Assembly: GCA_964016885.1 (NCBI GenBank) | Contig: OZ024740.1 | Span: 71,486,001 to 71,550,000 of the forward strand | From: Eledone cirrhosa | Taxonomy: Eukaryota | DNA length: 64,000 bases | Reading direction: 5' to 3' | Shown here: positions 23,032-37,245 of the stretch, in pieces | Layout of the letters: each line of letters starts with the position of its first letter | Numbering within the stretch: position 1 is the stretch's first letter | The notes under the pieces: generated by a model | What the model saw: the letters and a program-made list of their open reading frames with translations, nothing else | Database searches by the model: none | What the model was told of the DNA's origin: nothing | Translations under genes and position numbers: made by a program

Positions 23032-25199
23032 TTCTACAGCCCTTTTAAAAAAGGATTAGGTTGGTTAATATAGTCTTGAGTGCACTATGCCTTGGGTGAT
23101 CAGTATGGTCACAGCTGGAATGTTCGAACAGGGTTACCAACTATTGGTAAATTTTTTTATCAAATCCATGAGAATCTGAACTCAGAATACAGTGAATACT
23201 AACTAGAGGATAGGTTTTTGCATATGTAACGCGTGCGCGTCTATGAACACGTAAAGTCTTGTTTGAGTTGTAGGGGTGTTGTAGTGACACACGGCGTTTC
23301 TTGAGCTTTTTAAACGTGGCGGAGCACATCTACTATATCGGTCTGAACAACCGATTTCTTCCACTGAAGGAGAGAATAATAGAAAATAAGTGAAGAAATA
23401 TAGAGGAAGAATCGACACAATACTGAACAGGTACCTTTTTTTCATCAACCTCGAAAGGACGAAAGCAAAGTTTACCTCGGCGGAATTTGAACTCATATTA
23501 CACAGAGCCGGAACGAATACTGCAAAGCATTCTATCCAATGTTCTAACGTGTTTTTTCAATTTGCCACCTCAATGTAATTTTGTCGAAAAACTGTGATTT
23601 AATTGATATTATCCCTGCAATTAGTAAATGTCTAACCTATGCTAGTGTGAAAAAATTAAGATTAAACGATGATGATGATGAAAAATTCCCCCATGGATGT
23701 TTAACATTAAAATAACAACCAGGGGAGATAACTCCCAAAGTATCCATAAAGCAACATTTTCTGAAATAAAGATGAAAATGACACTCTTGAAGTGTTTTCC
23801 ATATTGTAGAGTAAATACTATTTTAATTTACCTTTGTCAAGTATTTGTTTAAATACAAAACAGAAAGCGCCAATAAGGTAGTTGTAGTAACTAATTGTCC
23901 CTCGAATCACACCTTAAAGAAGGAAAGACATGTTCGAGGACGAGATTCTTTCTTTTCTGGGACTCATATCTAACTACTTGTTTAGCTAATAATTTAGTGG
24001 ACTGCAATTGAATGCAAGTAGTCTGGTGTGGGGAAGTAAGTCGGTATCGGGGTAAAAATCAAATAAACCACAAATAAATATTTCAGTTAATCGATTAAAG
24101 AAACTAAGCGAAAATATACAACGAAAATACAAGCAACTTTAATTTCCGCTGTTTCATTCACTTTCATTTTATATGCATAGAGCGAAACTTCCACGAAAAA
24201 ACAAACAAACAAAAAGGCGGATGGTCTCGGCCGTTCAATCTGTTTACCCCCGGCTACAAATACATCTATATTAGAGAGATTGATGATTCGTTCACTTAAG
24301 TTCTATGAGTCCGCTCTGTCTTTATTGTGGAGTAATGATATTTAGGATAGAAATGTATGTTGTCTCTAATTGAAATATGATGCATTGTTTGTTGTGGGCG
24401 AATCTAGTTGACATACTGAGCTGAGGTTAAGTAGCTATATATAATCTTCACAATACACCAGGTATATAACAAGTTTTTCTTTATATTTACGTACAATCAG
24501 TCAGTCAACAACACGCCGAAACGAAACGAATCATCTTCTTTTAAACGTCACTGAAACTAATTTGATCATCCATTTTTCAATGGTGCAATTAATTCATTTA
24601 GAGCACAAAGGTCTAAAAAAATGTATCTATATGTTGATGCTTGGCCCAATACTTTTATCAAACCTGTTACAGCCACGGCCACAACCACCCCGTCTTTTTT
24701 TTATTTTTATTTTCATGCATAGTATATCTAGGACAACATTATCCTTCCATTTCAAAACGGAAATTTGGTTGTTCGCAGGACTACGTATATTGAGTATATA
24801 GATAAACAATACAAAAAAAAAGACAAAGAAAAACAAAAACAAATACCAAGACAAATACTTACATAATTTGTTCCTCTTTATAAAAATAACATATATTTGA
24901 AATAGTGTACAGCTAGGGACTACAAACTTTAATCTATCTTTCTGTGTAAATATATATAAATCATAAATATAAAGAGATGAAAATCATACATTAGTAGCTC
25001 TTCGGTTTAAAGAAAATAGGAAAATAAGAATTTGCAATTACGGTGAATAACGAAAACAAACAGTAACCAAAAGGATAACTGAATAAAATATTTCAAATAG
25101 AAAAATAATAGGCATTCATCAATAGATCTAAACTACTTTTAATGATGAATTTAAACATGAGAACAGGGGCTGATATTCTGGGGAAAGAATAAATCGATT

Positions 25200-25620
25200 A
25201 TATCAAGCGGGCTCTGGCTCAAATCGATATCCCTTCAGGTCTGGATCCAGCTAGGTTGTCCAGGGTTGATGGAAAGAGTCCAGATGATTTTACCTTTTGT
25301 TCCTTGGTAAGAGGTAGATGTCTCATTTGTGACACCACAATTAGCGACTCTTTTGCTCCTTCCCACATCCTGGATGCCGCGGTAAAGTATAAAATTCTAA
25401 AATACCAGGAATTATCGGCAAATTATTTTTTCCAGCCTGTAGCGTTCGAGACATTTGGAGGAGCTGGATCACTGACAATGAAGTTCTTGTCATCGTTGGC
25501 GGCTCGTCACACCGTGGTATCAAGAAATGCTCTTAATGAGGGTGCTTGGTTATTCAAGCGCCCTAGCCTCGCTATCACCCGTGGCAATGTTGCAAGTGTG
25601 TTGGCTTGTCTCAAAATCTT
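25200..25620 (+). mobile_element. CRE-clade non-LTR element, restriction-like endonuclease fragment
   Basis: DGKSPDD...CDTT...KYQEL...FQPVAFETFG...SLAITRGN. Confidence 0.8.
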
Positions 25621-25649
25621 TTTTTTTACTATAGGGATGGGTCTATATA

Positions 25650-27640
25650 AAGCATCCAGCCCTGGCTAGTAAGGGTTGGATGCTTTTTGTCGTGACACCA
25701 ACACAACCACTTTACAGTGTGGGCTGGGAGCATTGGTGGAGGTTAGCGAGGTGGGCATTTGGGTGTGAGTGAGGGGGTTGAGTGTTAGAATGTGTGAGGT
25801 AAATGGAAGGGGTGGGGTGGCGCACATTGGATGTATGCTTCAGCCCGTGCTCATGGAAGGTGTATGAAAGAGTGGGTGTAGGTGGTATATACTATATTTA
25901 TGCTTCAGCCTGTGCTTATGGGAAGGTGGGTCTTCTGTATTAATGCATAATGCCAGAGATCTTGGTCCTGTGTCATCACCTTTGAGAGGCGCAGGTGGTA
26001 AGGTCAGCTTTTATCACTTCATCCCAAGTCTTCCCACTCTATGACTTCCACCAACTTTCAGCGCTCTACACCTTTTTATACAGCTGTCATCCTTCATACG
26101 CATCACATGTCCATACCAGACTGCATCTGATTCTTCTTATGCCCAGTTTCTCTCTCAGTTCATTGATGCTTTGCCATTCATGTACATTACTGTTACACAT
26201 CCACCGGAGCATGCAAGCTTCATTTCTTTCAAATCTTTTCAAGTCTTCTGCACACAGTGCCCAAGTCTCACTACCATGTAACATTGTTGTTCGTATCATA
26301 TAGTCTGCCTTTTATTTTGAGGGAAAAGCCTTTTGTAGCTATCAGTGGTAGTAGTTCCCTGAACTTCTTCCATCCTGTAATCACTCTGCCTACTGTATTT
26401 TCAGAACACCCACCTCTACTGCTAATTTGGTCACCCAGGTAGCAGAAGCTGTCTACTACTTCTACTGAACCATCCCAGAATTTGATCGAGCTTGTTTCCT
26501 GTAATTGTTTGTTGCTTACTGTAAAGAACGAAGGTTTTACATGTAGCCGTTGCACTGAGCAATGCCATTTCCCCGAGGAAGATCAGAGCTCTGTTTTCTT
26601 TTCTCCTTTCTAGGACCTTAGTCTTTGTCAGGTTAACTTTAAGACCTTTTGTTTCTAGACTATGCTTCCAGGTTTGGAATTCTTTCTCCAATTCTGCCAT
26701 AAACTCAGCGATGAGTGTAAAATCATTCGCGTACAGGATTTCCCATGCACAACCGGTTTTAAACTTCTCTGTTATAGTCTGCAGCATGATAATAAAAAGG
26801 AGAGGGCTAAGAACAGAGCCCTGGTGGAAACCAATCTGCACGCTAAATTCCTCGATGTAGTCATTGTTAATCCTAACTTTGCTGACTGCTTTCCTCACCC
26901 ATTCCTAGTTTTCTAAGATCCCACCAGACGATCGCATAGGGGATTCTATCAAAAGCCTTCTCTAAATGACAGGTAGAGTGGCTTATGTTTAGCTAGGTAC
27001 TTCTGGAGCTGCTTCACAAGGAAGAGAGCATCTGTGGTGCTTTTACTTGGCACAAATCCAAACTGCATCTCATCTAGATTAACCCGATCACTAATCAACT
27101 CTGCTATAACTCTTTCTGTTCCTTTCATGAACTGGTTCATCAACTTGATGCCTCTATAGTTTCTTCTATCTAGTGCATCTCCTTTACCCTTGTAGCAGTT
27201 GACAACGATGCTGCGGTATGACACCATTTAGTATTACTTGGTTTACAATACATGTGGTTAAAGCGCAACCCACTGACTCAGATGATTTCAGCATCTCAGC
27301 ATTTATCCCCAATGGACCGACTAGTTTCTGGTTTTCATATCCTTAATTGACATACTTACTACACTGCTGCTGACTTGTACGGCTCGGCTCTCTGTTGTGT
27401 CCACTTGGGCTACTCTCTCTTTCTCCCATGCATTCTCCTAATTCTGTAATCTTTCATAATGGTCTTCCATGCTACTTTCTTTTCAGCATCTGTGAGGGCA
27501 AATGAACCTTTATCATCATGGATGCACTTCTCACCAATGATGTCACAATTTTCCCTAACGCACTGCCTCACAATCCTGAACACCTTACGTTTCTGGTCTT
27601 CACGCTGCAAAACATGCTTGAATTTTTTATCTTCTGCTTC
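25650..27640 (-). mobile_element. RTE LINE, 5'-truncated
   Basis: CYKGKGDALDRRNYRGIKL, HQGSVLSPLLF, YAND, WKKFRELLPL. Confidence 0.9.
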
Positions 27641-27825
27641 CAAAAGATATATATATATACATATATGTATACATACACATATATAGATACATACACACAC
27701 ACAGATATATAATGGTCTGAACCAAGGTCCATTGAGCTTATTTATTAAGAAATATGATCATCATACATATTAAATATGTATTGATACCTTAACATATATA
27801 AGTATATATACATATATATATGTTA

Positions 27826-27995
27826 TATATGTATGTATGTGTTCAACCATAAAGCACCAAAACTATGATGATCCCCAGCAGTTGACTGATGAGAAGGGAC
27901 TGTACTGTGTTTTGTCTGTTTTTCTATTGTCTTCACCCACAGTGTTTGATTAATTGTTTGATCTTAGCCATGCAGGACACTTTCAAATTAATATA
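27826..27995. repeat. unclassified ~160-bp TA-flanked repeat (X)
   Basis: Second copy at 62519-62675 and a short piece at 55062-55091. Confidence 0.75.
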
Positions 27996-28119
27996 TATTT
28001 AACTTTACACTGCCTGTGTTCTCTGTCTTCTTTCTTTCCTTTTCTCACTTACTTTCTCTGATCATTGTGCCCTGCAACATTATATAGATGATGCATGGCA
28101 GCTGATTTATTTTTTTCTC

Positions 28120-28896
28120 CAAGTGCCCCAAACTGGCCGAAATGAAGTACAGCATATTCGGTTGGGAACTTTTGGCAACGTTCCTCAGTCTGAGATATTT
28201 CCAGCACATGCTGGAAGGTTCTGTGTTCTCTAATTACATGGACCACAAACATCTCACATACACTTTATATTCCAAGCCTGACCACCACTCACCTAGAGAA
28301 GTGAACCAACTTGATTATATATCCCAGTATACTATGGATATTCGCCATATTAAGGGTTCAGACAACTCTGCAGCTGATGCCTTTTCTCGTGCACACTTAA
28401 GTGCACTGCACACCTTCGCTTCCATCAACCTCCGAGATATTTCCACCACCCAACAGACTGTAGAGCTCCTCAAACTCTGAAAATTTCCCTTTTCTTCTTC
28501 CTGTCTTTCAAACTCCTTCCTCTACCTTTTTCTCATGGTCGTATTTGGTGTGATGTATCTATGGATCAAGAACGCCCTAACACATAGACATTCGTTTTTT
28601 TCTGCTCTGCACAATCCTGGTGCAAACCCTACCCTGAAGCTAACAGCCCAGTTTGTCTTGGCTGGTATGAACAAGGATGTCAGGGAATAGGCCAGATGTT
28701 ATGTCCAGTGTCAGAAGGCAAACATTCACCACCATATCAGAACTACTCAGTGCACATTCGCAACATCAGATGCATATTTCCAACATGTGCCCATCGTCAT
28801 CGTCAGACCATTGCCTCCTTCTCAAGGTTGCATTCACCTTTTGACCTGTGTGTACAGATTGTCCAGATGGCCTGAAGCCATTCCCCTGTCAGATAT
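28120..28896 (+). mobile_element. older Gypsy RNase H/integrase fragment
   Basis: KYSIFGWELLA, DHKHL, IRHIKGSDNSAADAFSR; homologous to 15380-16100. Confidence 0.88.
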
Positions 28897-29662
28897 CTAA
28901 GGGGTCGGTAAGCAGGAAAGATGGCAGGATCCTGATCCCAGCAGGGAAATTGTCCTGCTCGATATGCAGAAAGGGAGTAGGTAGAAACTTAATATGATGT
29001 ACATAATGCAAATCTTGGGTACACAAGAGGTGTAGCAGGATAAAGTTAGACTAACAGAAAAGGAAGTCTTCATATGGACGAGATGCACAGGGGTAATTGA
29101 TGGAATGAACATCAGTGATATAAACCTTTTCCAACCACATGAAGGATCCATAGGAGACATTGATAGATTCTGCTACTCAGGTGACATAATTCACAGTGGA
29201 GGAGGGTGCTTTGAGAACATATTAGCAAGAATAATAATAGGATTGAATAATAGGATTGAAGAAGCTTAGAAAGCTATTCCCACTGTTAACAACAAAAGGT
29301 TTCTCCCTATGTACAAAATGAGAGCTGTATGACACCTGTGTGTGAAATGCGATGCTGTATGGCAATGAAACATGGGCTGTGATGGCAGAGGACATGCATA
29401 GACTGGTGAGAAATGAAGCAATCATGCTTCATTGGATGTACAATGTAAATGTGAGAGAAAGGCAGAGCTTGGCTGAACTGAGAGAGAAACTGGGTTTAAG
29501 AAAAATCAGAAGTGCAAGAGAGAAGACTGCGTTGGTAATGGTATGTGATGTACATAGATAATGATCACCGTGTAAAGAAGTGCCAGGAAATCCCAGTAGA
29601 AAGAAGCCACAGTAGAGGTAGACCAAGGAAGACTTGGCTGCAGGTGGTGAGAGCTGATTTCA
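28897..29662 (+). mobile_element. RTE LINE 3' fragment
   Basis: MLYGNETWA, ELREKLGLR, RGRPRKTW. Confidence 0.85.
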
Positions 29663-29739
29663 AATGCACACATGTATTTCATGACTCGTACACTGTTAAT
29701 TTTTGTACATTATTCTATGTATTATACATACACCTTTGA

Positions 29740-30480
29740 TGAGTTCTAATGCACCTGAGCACTGTACACAATAATTTCATTAAATTATATAAATAGCTGG
29801 GACTCACAGGGGAGATGTCAAAGGAACGCGGTGAGTGAAGAGATGTTGTGCTGAAAAGCCACCTGCCTTCCATCACACACAAATGCAGAACCGAGATACT
29901 CAAACTAATCCACTTGCTTGAAAGGAACTCCACTCACATGTAGAGTGCACTGCACAGGCTTCCTTGAGAGAATGAGAGTCTCAGGTATCACAGCCCGTAT
30001 TGTCATCCCTACCATGCAGCAATCCACAGCAAACTTATCAATTGCATGTCAGAGATCACCTTCTGATGAATTAAGTAGTACCATGTTGTCTACAAATTCT
30101 AGTCAACTGATCCTACACCTGCCAGTTTTGATATCACATCCAATCTGGCTGCACATGTCAATCCTGTTCATGAAGTTTATGTCCAGGAAAGGTGACAGTA
30201 TGCACTTTTGGTGGAGTCTGACATCTACATTGAATGGCTTCAACTTCGCCCCATTTATTTGAATACAATTACTGGGGCATTTGTATAGGTAATTCAAGGC
30301 AACAAGAAGCTGCCCATTGATTCCAAGCTCCTGCTGAACACTCCACAACTCCCATGGAATCTTGCCATGTTATTTGAGTTCTCTCTTTTTGAAAATTGGG
30401 ATTATCCCTCCTGATTGCCATTGCTTTGGTGCCTTTCCAGAAATCCAAGCCATCTGGCACATAAGAGTGAGCTAGAGAAT
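29740..30480 (-). mobile_element. different RTE-clade LINE RT fragment
   Basis: PFNVDVRLHQKCILSPFL...FMNRID and a degenerate FVDN catalytic motif. Confidence 0.7.
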
Positions 30481-31747
30481 ACCTCAATTTAACGCTTTTA
30501 ACATCTCAAGCTAAATTTCATCCTCCCCAGAGGCCTGGCATCATTTGAGCTCTTTAATTGTTCTGGTAATCTCAGCCTTCGTGAGATTAGTCATTGCACC
30601 TCATGTACATCAGAAGATGCTGTGTAATAGGGTTTAGGAGATCAGCAAAGAATTTTCTCCACCTTGCGAGGATGCACTGTTCTTCAGAGAGAAGAACCCC
30701 AGATGTATTTCTAACAGCAGGTGTGGAGGGTGACTTCTTATGAAGATAGCAGATGGTCTGCTAGAATACTTTATTTGCTGATCTCAAGTTGGATAACCAA
30801 AGTCATTTCTAAATCTTATTTTTATATTTTAAAAAGACAGACGTTTGTGTCTAAAGTATTGAATTACTAGCCCACGATTCACAAATCTCATATATATTCT
30901 GTTGTATCTCTCTACAGGAGATTGATTCATTCCATATTACCTTTGTTCACTTAACTTTTGTAAATAGAGTAAACAGTATGATTCAAGGAAATGAGTGCTG
31001 GTTTGCATTGGCAATTACTGGGTATAAACAGTTGTTAATGTAAGATTCTACCAAAATCATTAGACTTCCTTTTCTGCATGGCAAAATAATTTATTTCAAA
31101 AGAACAGTTGTGAATAGGCACTAAATTAGTGGTGATAAAAATGAGGGACAAGCTTCACAAGAGACACAATCTGAATATTTGCCAAAAACAGTTTTCCAAA
31201 TTTTACATTATATTAAATATGTTTCTCTACTGAGGTAATTTATGATGTATAGGCATCCTGAATTTATTCATTACATAAAACAATGCAATACCAATTAATT
31301 GTCAGTTTTGTAATTAAAATTGGTTTTGAAGTTATTTTATAGTTTGTATGGTTAACCATTTCATTAAACTTGTATGCCTTGGGGATAAGAGGAATCTAAC
31401 ATTTTATGACTGCAGCACAGCATTAGATTCCTCTTTTCCCCACAGCATATTTAAATTCACTGCATAATTTTTGCCAACTGAGACTGTCATAAGCTTCCCT
31501 AGACTCTCTTTTTTAACTTATACATGTGTGTATGTATTTATTAGTATATATATTCTACCATAGTACCTATAAAAATAATGGGGTTTATAGTGAAACAAAT
31601 TTTTAATCTAATTATTCTTTGATTATACCATTTTATGTAAATATGCTTGAATCCTCAAGTTTTCTTTGACTTCCTCCCACTGGTCACTCTGGCCAGCACT
31701 CTATTACATTTTACATACAATTGAATCAATTACAATAATTCTCTTCC

Positions 31748-32310
31748 ATCATCATCATCATTGTTTAACATCTATCTTCCACGCTAGCATGGGTTAGACG
31801 AGAGTTGTCCCACTTGAGGCAAGATTGGTCGGTTGACCGTGTCTCGCTCGTATAGGACTATCTGGCAGGTTTTCTATGGCTGGATGCTCTTCCTAACACC
31901 AACCACATTTACAGTGTTGACTGGGAGCTTTTTACCGTGTTACCTACATGGTCACATTACAGCGTGGACTGTTTTTTTGTCGTGACACCTACACAACCTC
32001 ATTAGTTTGGACTGGATGTTGTGGTACCAACATAACTTTACAGAGAAAGGGTGGTGTTGGTGGGAGTGGGAGGATGGAGTAGGGGTAGTGGGTTGGGGTG
32101 TATATTTGGTTAAGAGGTGCCTACTGACTAGGTTTCGCATTGTACATAGGTAAAACGGGTCTTCTGTATTATTGCGTGACGCCAAAGTTCTCGGTCCAGT
32201 GACATTGTCTTAGAGAGGTGCAAGTGTGTGAGGTCGGAATTTATCAAATTGTCCCAGGTTTTTCTGGGTCTACCTACTCCATAACTTCCATCAATTTTGA
32301 TTGCCTTGCA
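31748..32310 (-). mobile_element. RTE 3' end with (GAT)n tail; similar tails at 50698-50880, 52525-52880 and 57571-57815
   Basis: catcatcat...gtttaacgtcc.tcttccacgctagcatggg matches the 3' UTR at 56790-57230. Confidence 0.85.
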
Positions 32311-33534
32311 CTTTTTTATATTTTATTTAATCATTATCAAACACATATCCATCAAATTACGATTTTTTTTCTACTTATGCACCTAGAAGTGAATAAAAAT
32401 GAGTAAAGAAATTTATATTTAAATACAAAATTAAAAATATAAACTCCATGTGGCAGTAGATAGCACTAAAATATTCAATCTTGTTGGCTAACTTTGCCTT
32501 TCATCCTTCTTAGGTTGATGAAATAAGCACCAGCTACATATTGGGATTTATATAATGACTGTTTCCATTCTCCTTAAGATATCAATATGGCTGAACAGCC
32601 ATTAAATGATATCTCTGCTTCCTTTTACTGAAATTTCTTGGTACTTCTTCACCTAACAATCATCCATATGCATCATGTGCCCACACCAGCACAGTTTTCT
32701 CTCTTGCACACTACATCCAATTCCTCTTACACTCAACTTTTCTGTTAGTTCATTCATGCACATTAACAATTACACATGCATTAAAACATGCTTGCTTCAT
32801 TTCTCTTGAGCCTTCACATATCCTCCTCATTATAAAAAAAACAAATATACAGCATAATAAAGTCATATATTGGTTGAATATATGGATATGCCTTTCATGG
32901 CACAGATTGAATCTATTTTTAAGACAACAGTGAATCAAGTGTTGTATATTATAATTCCTTCTTTCCTTGGGCCCTCAACTCCTGTCTGAGTCATTGGAGC
33001 ACCATTGTGACATATGGTGTCAGTTTGGCATTGATTCCTTGTGAAGCCCAACTATCTCTAGGTCTGACAACTGATTTCTTCCAAAAAGAAAGAAAGAGAA
33101 ACAAATGAAAAAGAATGGACTCCAGTACTAGTCTGGTACTTGATTGATGAGATGAAAGGCAAAGTTGACTATGATGTGATTTAAACTGAGTGTGCAGGAA
33201 GCTGGAATGAATACCACAAAGCATTCTACATGATGCTCTAATGCTTATGTTAATTGCATTAGATGAAATATATTCTGACAAAATATAAATTACCAACCAA
33301 AATGAATTATCAAAAATTAAGAATAAAGAAAAGTTAATACAAATGTAAGCTAAGTTCATTTTATTATACATAAACACACACACAGAAAAAATATACAAAA
33401 AATACTTTCTTGTTTATCATTTTTAATATATAATCTTATAACAAAACATTACTTAGAAAATATCCCAACAGCATTAAGATAAGATTTTAGCAGCTGTTTT
33501 ATCATTTACATACTATTTTAATTTAAAAATATAT

Positions 33535-35815
33535 ATTTTTTTAAATAATTAACAAACATTTATTTACAATAGTTTATAACTCTCCCTATTAATCCGTATG
33601 GTGAGCAAATGGAGTCCCACGTGCTGGCCTCCCCACAGCCCCGGCGGACAGGATGGAGAATGCGTTTCCCAGGAGGATGGTAAGGGAGATGCGCTGGAAG
33701 AGCCATTCCAACTCGCGAGGTTCAAACCTGCAGCTGGCTAGCTCAGTACCTATGGCAGTGAATAGGTAGGTAGCCCTAGAGCCAAGGACACCAGAAGTCT
33801 CCATTGCCTTTGGCCTCCTCAGCTCGATGTGCAGCAGAACCTGAGTTAGTCGCAGACTGCACCAGTTTGCGGCTGGAGAAAATGTCGCTGCACGTGGCAT
33901 CCCAGACGAGGGGTTTGCCACCGCGGAATGGGAAGATGGTCATACCGTCTGGCCTTTTGCCATCCCCTCGTCCAGCTCCAGCTTGGAGGGGAAGCCTGCA
34001 GCATCCAAGCCATGCTTAACGACCTCGTTGATGGCAGCATGGCATGGAAGGCGGCCGGCACTGTGGTGACAGGAAAGCGGGTGGAGTCCGAAAGAGTCCA
34101 CGGTGGATCCACAGTGACATTTATGTGGCTCGCAGATCCAGAGTTCAAGCCTCAAGGAAACGCAGATGTGCAGGCTATCGTTATCCAGCTGCGTGCCAGT
34201 GGAAAAGGAGGGTAAGGCATGGAGCCAGGTACCACTATGGGGTTTGGAGGCTGCGCGAAAACAGGCAAGGCAGTGCTGGTCGAGCTGGCGCGTGAGCTTG
34301 TCTTAGGCCATGCTGCACTGGACAGCATACCATATGCTTTATGGGGACTTGACGTCAGCAGGGGAAGGAGGAGGAATGTCTACCAAGTGAAGTCCCAGCC
34401 TATCTCACATTCTCTGAACACAGAGGGTTCTATAGTGTTTAGTTGAATCCTGCTGACGAGGACGTGGCATGAGGTTACCGATGAAAGAAACGCTGGCAAA
34501 GCCAGCGAGATCGGGGACCGGAGGCCAAGACGCCAAATCTGATGTTGCATATCTCCTCAGCTGCCGCTTGGATACAAGTATCGAGGTCAGCGAGGAGAGA
34601 TGCGTGGCTGTAGCACGGAGCGCTGCGAAGGGTGTAGAGGAGCTTCGGCATGGCGAAGCAGTTCCTCATCAGGAAGAGAGCTGGGTAACGGTCGATCAAG
34701 CCCAGTCGGCTCACGAGGGTCTGGAGTTGTTGGAGCAGATGCCCGGCGAGTGGATCGGTGACCCGAGGATGAGGACATCCTCTTTGGAGGTTACCTATAC
34801 CTGGTGGAGAATGGACTGCACGTCCAAGATGGAGGCTGCAAAGCTCTCAGCATCATAGCTGACATTCCCCACTTCCGGCTTAGATGCGTTGACCTGGAGG
34901 CCAATTCCCGCCAGGGCAGGAACCACCAATTGAAGGTCATGGCAGACAGTCTCCACAGGCCCGCCCAGCATAGCATCATCCAGGTACCAAACGTTGAGAG
35001 GGGCTGTGATACTCCGGGCAATGTGGTCTATACCAAAGGCAAACAGGAGGGGGCCCAGAGGGTCGCCCTGTTGGACCCCAGTAGCCGAAGGTAAGACCGT
35101 GTCAGCAGCAAGGAGCATGCTTGGGACTCCATATGACAAGTAGACCAGCAGGTAGGCGGAGGGGGCTCAGCTGAGGCAGGCCTTGAGCAGATGGTCTTGG
35201 CGTATGCAGTTAAAGGCATTCCTCATGTCAAGCTTGACAATGAGGTGCCTGGAGTCTCTGGATGCCAGTTCCGGTGGGCAGCTATTGAAGAATGGCCTGG
35301 TTGCATGTGCAGCCCCCTCACATGCCAACACCCAATTGCACCGGACTAAACTCCTCACCCAGTTCAGGTGTTATGGACCTGCAGACCACCTCAGCAGCCA
35401 GTCTCCGGAAGACATTGCCCACAGCGATGGGGCGTATGCCACCCTTTTCCTTCCTGAGAGTGGTCAGGCTAGCCGAAGAAAAGAGGCCTCGGGCGTGAGG
35501 TTCCAGGGCGCCATGGATAAGCCTATTGGTAAGTGCCACAATAGCGCTCAGAAGGCGGCGCCCGACCTCAGCGGAGAGGGGGGATAGCAACTCCTGGAGG
35601 TGGCCTGGTCGGAGAACATCAGCACCTTTGCTGCTGCTAGCTGGGAAGGACTTGATGGGAGACATGTCTGCGTTGGAAGCCACAAGGAGCAGGTGGGGGT
35701 ATGGGTCAGAGGTCAGCGGGTGGCTCAGGGTGCTTGAGTTGCAAGGCAGCCATGACCTCCTTGGTGGGTTGGAGGACAGTGTCCTCTGAAGCAACCACTC
35801 TGACTGCAGCCTGAT
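33535..35815 (-). mobile_element. CRE-clade non-LTR retrotransposon, 5'-truncated and degenerate (RT, CCHC, RLE)
   Basis: GGIRPIAVGNVFRRL, KLDMRNAFN, GVQQGDPLGPLLF, WYLDD, CHCG..H...C, LFQRISLTILLGNA; GC-rich island with A-rich 3' end. Confidence 0.92.
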
Positions 35816-36036
35816 AAATGATATTTATTAGCTATCCTTTCCCTGAAATTTTGCATCATCCCGAATTTGAACATGGAACTTTTTTCCCAAAATCTTCTTA
35901 TTGTGTCCACAAGAGTGTCAGTTACAGACTTGGCTAGATGTGGTTCAACCACAGTTGAACAAATTGCTCTCCTTCCTCATGAAATTCAGCGGAGTCCAAT
36001 GCTCTCAATATCCTTTATTCTCAAAATAAAGGATAT

Positions 36037-37245
36037 TTAACCTGTATGTGTTTTCATATGTCTATTTAGGACAGAACTTTGAGCAAAGAATTTTCCACAT
36101 ATTTGACAGTGAAATGGCTTCTCACCAGTATGTGTTCTTTTGTGTCTTTTTAAACCAAAATTCCAAGAAAAGCATTTCCCACATACTTGACAACAAAATG
36201 GTTTTTCTCCTGTATGCATTCTGACATGCACCTTTAGATCAGATGTTTGAAGGAAAGCTTTACCACATGTTTCACAACGAAAAGGCTTTATTTCTGCGTG
36301 TACATAAACATGTTTTTTCAGTTCATTAAGCATAAAAAAGGACTCCTCACATACTTTACAGGGAAATGGTCTTTCATTACTATGGTCATTTTCATGTAAA
36401 CCTAATTCAGATTTTGTTGCAAAACTCTTACCACAAATAATGCAAAGGCATGAATTTTCTTCCATATGAGCTATAGTGTCAGCTTTTAAATCAGAGGCTT
36501 TAAGGAACTTTTTGTCACATATTTGACACTGAAATTGTTTTGTGCTCTTCTCATGTCTTTTTTTATGAATATGTAGATTATAATTTGTAGAAAACTTTAG
36601 GCTACATATATCACATGGGTATGGTTTTTCTCCTGTGTGTAATCTATTGTGTAACTTTAGAATAGAACTTCTTGCAAAATACTTATTACAAACTTTGCAT
36701 TGAAATGGTTTTTCTCCTGTATGTGTTCGAGTGTGTAAGTTTAAATTACAGCGAGTGGAAAAACTTTTACCACATATTTCGCAGTGATATGGTTTCTCTC
36801 CAGTGTGAGTTCTTGTATGAACCTGTAGATGAGAACTTGTAGAGAAACTTTTTCCACAAATCTCACAGGAAAATGGTTTTTCTCCAGTGTGTATTCGTTT
36901 GTGTATTTTGAGGTTGTTTCTAGCAGAAAATCCTTTATTACATACATCACAATAAAATAGTTTTTCTCCAGTGTGCTTTCTTGTATGCAATCTAAGTACA
37001 GATTTAGAGGAAAATTTTTTATCACAAGTAAGACAGTGATGAGGTTTTTCTCCAGTATGTGTTTGAATATGATGGATGAGGTTGTAATTTGTATAGAAAT
37101 ATCTACCACATATTATACAATGAAATCTTTTCTTGCTAGTGTGTATTTTCTTGTGTATATTTAATTTATATGTAGTGTAAAAACATTTATTGCATACCTC
37201 ACAGCAATGTGACTTCTTACCACTATGGGTTTGTATGTCAGCCAT
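36037..37245 (-). CDS. possible truncated 402-aa C2H2 protein (fingers 8-21) from a new ATG
   Basis: Open frame from MADIQTHSG to the same stop as the paralog; ATG context has A at -3 and G at +4. Confidence 0.5.
   Translation of the reverse strand: MADIQTHSGKKSHCCEVCNKCFYTTYKLNIHKKIHTSKKRFHCIICGRYFYTNYNLIHHIQTHTGEKPHHCLTCDKKFSSKSVLRLHTRKHTGEKLFYCDVCNKGFSARNNLKIHKRIHTGEKPFSCEICGKSFSTSSHLQVHTRTHTGEKPYHCEICGKSFSTRCNLNLHTRTHTGEKPFQCKVCNKYFARSSILKLHNRLHTGEKPYPCDICSLKFSTNYNLHIHKKRHEKSTKQFQCQICDKKFLKASDLKADTIAHMEENSCLCIICGKSFATKSELGLHENDHSNERPFPCKVCEESFFMLNELKKHVYVHAEIKPFRCETCGKAFLQTSDLKVHVRMHTGEKPFCCQVCGKCFSWNFGLKRHKRTHTGEKPFHCQICGKFFAQSSVLNRHMKTHTG

Larger units (their letters stand above)
19015..24950. 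repeat. tandem segmental duplication, unit 1 (ZNF plus upstream region)
   Basis: Collinear homology to 30490-30650, 33313-33400 and 36037-41985. Confidence 0.9.

Noticed and set aside
35725-36036. 75-aa ORF between the CRE and the ZNF paralog
   Set aside because: Chimeric across the CRE 5' junction with no recognisable family
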